Shown here in pieces: positions 62,903 to 64,000 of a stretch of 64,000 nt of DNA. The stretch covers positions 1,331 to 65,330 of the IMG/VR virus record IMGVR_UViG_3300027851_000023, one strand, 5' to 3'. The notes under the pieces were generated by a model. The model made no database searches. It was not told where the DNA came from and saw only the letters and a list, made by a program, of their open reading frames with translations. Every line of letters starts with the position of its first letter. Within the stretch, counting starts at the first letter, position 1. A program made the translations under genes and the position numbers. The DNA comes from a virus. Its lineage: Duplodnaviria > Caudoviricetes.

Positions 62903-63088
62903 ATGACTGCGGCAGAGATTTTTCAAACGACGGGGCTCGATCGCACCGACAGCCAGCGGATGGCCGCAGAACTGATCGACGCCCCAGCCATCGTCGTCAC
63001 ATCTTTCCGAGCCATGTCTTCCATCGGAGCGTATTCGGTCGACGAAATGATCGAACGCCTTCGCGCTGTCAGGATGATGGCGAAATGA
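62903..63088 (+). CDS. Hypothetical protein
   Basis: First ORF after the promoter; ATGA-coupled to the next. Confidence 0.55.
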   Translation: MTAAEIFQTTGLDRTDSQRMAAELIDAPAIVVTSFRAMSSIGAYSVDEMIERLRAVRMMAK

Positions 63089-63480
63089 GAATCGTCGACC
63101 GCGCCACCTTCCTCGCCATGCCCGCAGGCACGGTGTTCATGAAGTGGCCCGAGCAGCCTGCGGACGGCAGCTATCACGACCTGGCCCCAAGTGGTCGGGT
63201 GCAGATCAAATGGGACACCTGCGGCCAAGATTTCGTTTGCCAGGATCTCGAACCGTTCCCGGAAGGGTGGCAGGATAGCGGCGACATCTCTGATGATCGC
63301 ATCGCCATGTTGCACGGCGAGGAAGGCAAGCCTGCCGACTATGACTGCGCCGGTCGCGATGGACTGTTCGACCGTGAACAACTTTTTCTCGTGTGGGACA
63401 AGGAGGCCCACGCGAAACTGATCGCACTGCTTCAGCAGGCGTTCGAGTGCGCTGAAGAAGGGACGATTGTGCCGAGATGA
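63085..63480 (+). CDS. Conserved-type phage hypothetical protein
   Basis: MRIVDRATFLAMPAGTVF...RDGLFD..QLF.VW. Confidence 0.75.
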   Translation: MRIVDRATFLAMPAGTVFMKWPEQPADGSYHDLAPSGRVQIKWDTCGQDFVCQDLEPFPEGWQDSGDISDDRIAMLHGEEGKPADYDCAGRDGLFDREQLFLVWDKEAHAKLIALLQQAFECAEEGTIVPR

Positions 63481-63707
63481 GCGATATAAACTATCCCCAT
63501 ATCCGGCTTTGCGGAGGCCCGCTCAGCGGAGAGGTACGATACAACCACGTCGGCGAGATTCTGCTCGTTCAAGAACTGCCGCGCCCCGACTGGCGAGCCC
63601 CACCTGATAAGCCTGCTGTTTGGCCTCCGAAGATCGGTCGCTACAAGGACGCCGGCCGCGCGGGTCGCGATGGGTTCTGGCGGTTCGAATGGGCCGGATG
63701 GTATTGA
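63477..63707 (+). CDS. Hypothetical protein
   Basis: ATGA-coupled; L.GGPL.G motif. Confidence 0.6.
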   Translation: MSDINYPHIRLCGGPLSGEVRYNHVGEILLVQELPRPDWRAPPDKPAVWPPKIGRYKDAGRAGRDGFWRFEWAGWY

Positions 63708-63764
63708 TGCATCCTGCAATAATTGCAGGTGCCCGGATACTGGGTCCGAGATGCGGAGGCTGGG

Positions 63765-64000
63765 ATGACGTGCGACCACGTCTGGATCGAAATCACGAAA
63801 TCCTCGGACGGCAAGGCTCCGTATCGCATGTGCTCCCGCTGCGGTGAGCGCGTCTATCCGCCAATGTCCGAAAGCAGTTCGGACCATTTGCCGAACTGGC
63901 TGGCCAATCTTCGTCAGGAACTGGCGGGCACCATGACTGTTCCCGATGGCATAGATATCATGGCTCCAACCGACGAAATGTGGGACGCGGACACCCCCAT
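63765..64000 (+). CDS. Hypothetical protein (partial) with C-x-H...CxxC
   Basis: GGAGG RBS; MTCDHVW...MCSRCG; open to the window end. Confidence 0.55.
   Translation, partial: MTCDHVWIEITKSSDGKAPYRMCSRCGERVYPPMSESSSDHLPNWLANLRQELAGTMTVPDGIDIMAPTDEMWDADTP

Noticed and set aside
1-64000. Perfect CtrA boxes (TTAA-N7-TTAA)
   Set aside because: None found by eye; only half or degenerate sites near 9733 and 12698-13260. A PWM scan is needed.

Overview
The window is almost the whole genome (no host genes seen) of a GC-rich temperate siphophage with Chi-like (Casjensviridae-type) gene order. Its GapR and CtrA homologues point to a Caulobacteraceae host, probably Brevundimonas (inference). Left to right: a multi-part C5 DNA methyltransferase; an HTH repressor candidate; a replication module (SNF2-like helicase, VRR-NUC, family B polymerase, SSB, DUF2800 nuclease, two tRNA-Val, Cro-like HTH, primase/VirE); an iteron-rich origin and a lambda-like cos site; two divergent accessory operons (including thyA with an in-frame HNH insert, gapR, ctrA and a second methyltransferase); lysis, tail, head and packaging genes on the minus strand; and AlpA, a P4-type integrase and an intact attP matching a tRNA 3' end. 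The most unusual signals are (1) a shared acidic-hydrophobic C-terminal peptide, D-[LI]-x-[DE]-[LIM]-L-x-stop, on about 14 unrelated, mostly DNA-acting proteins, including ones that look recently acquired; (2) phage copies of the host regulators CtrA and GapR next to a run of tagged proteins; (3) a genome-wide TCAC-N7-GTGA operator with about 21 copies; and (4) a promoter / 5-codon minigene / terminator unit heading the early operon. All calls are by eye from motifs; no database searches were run.
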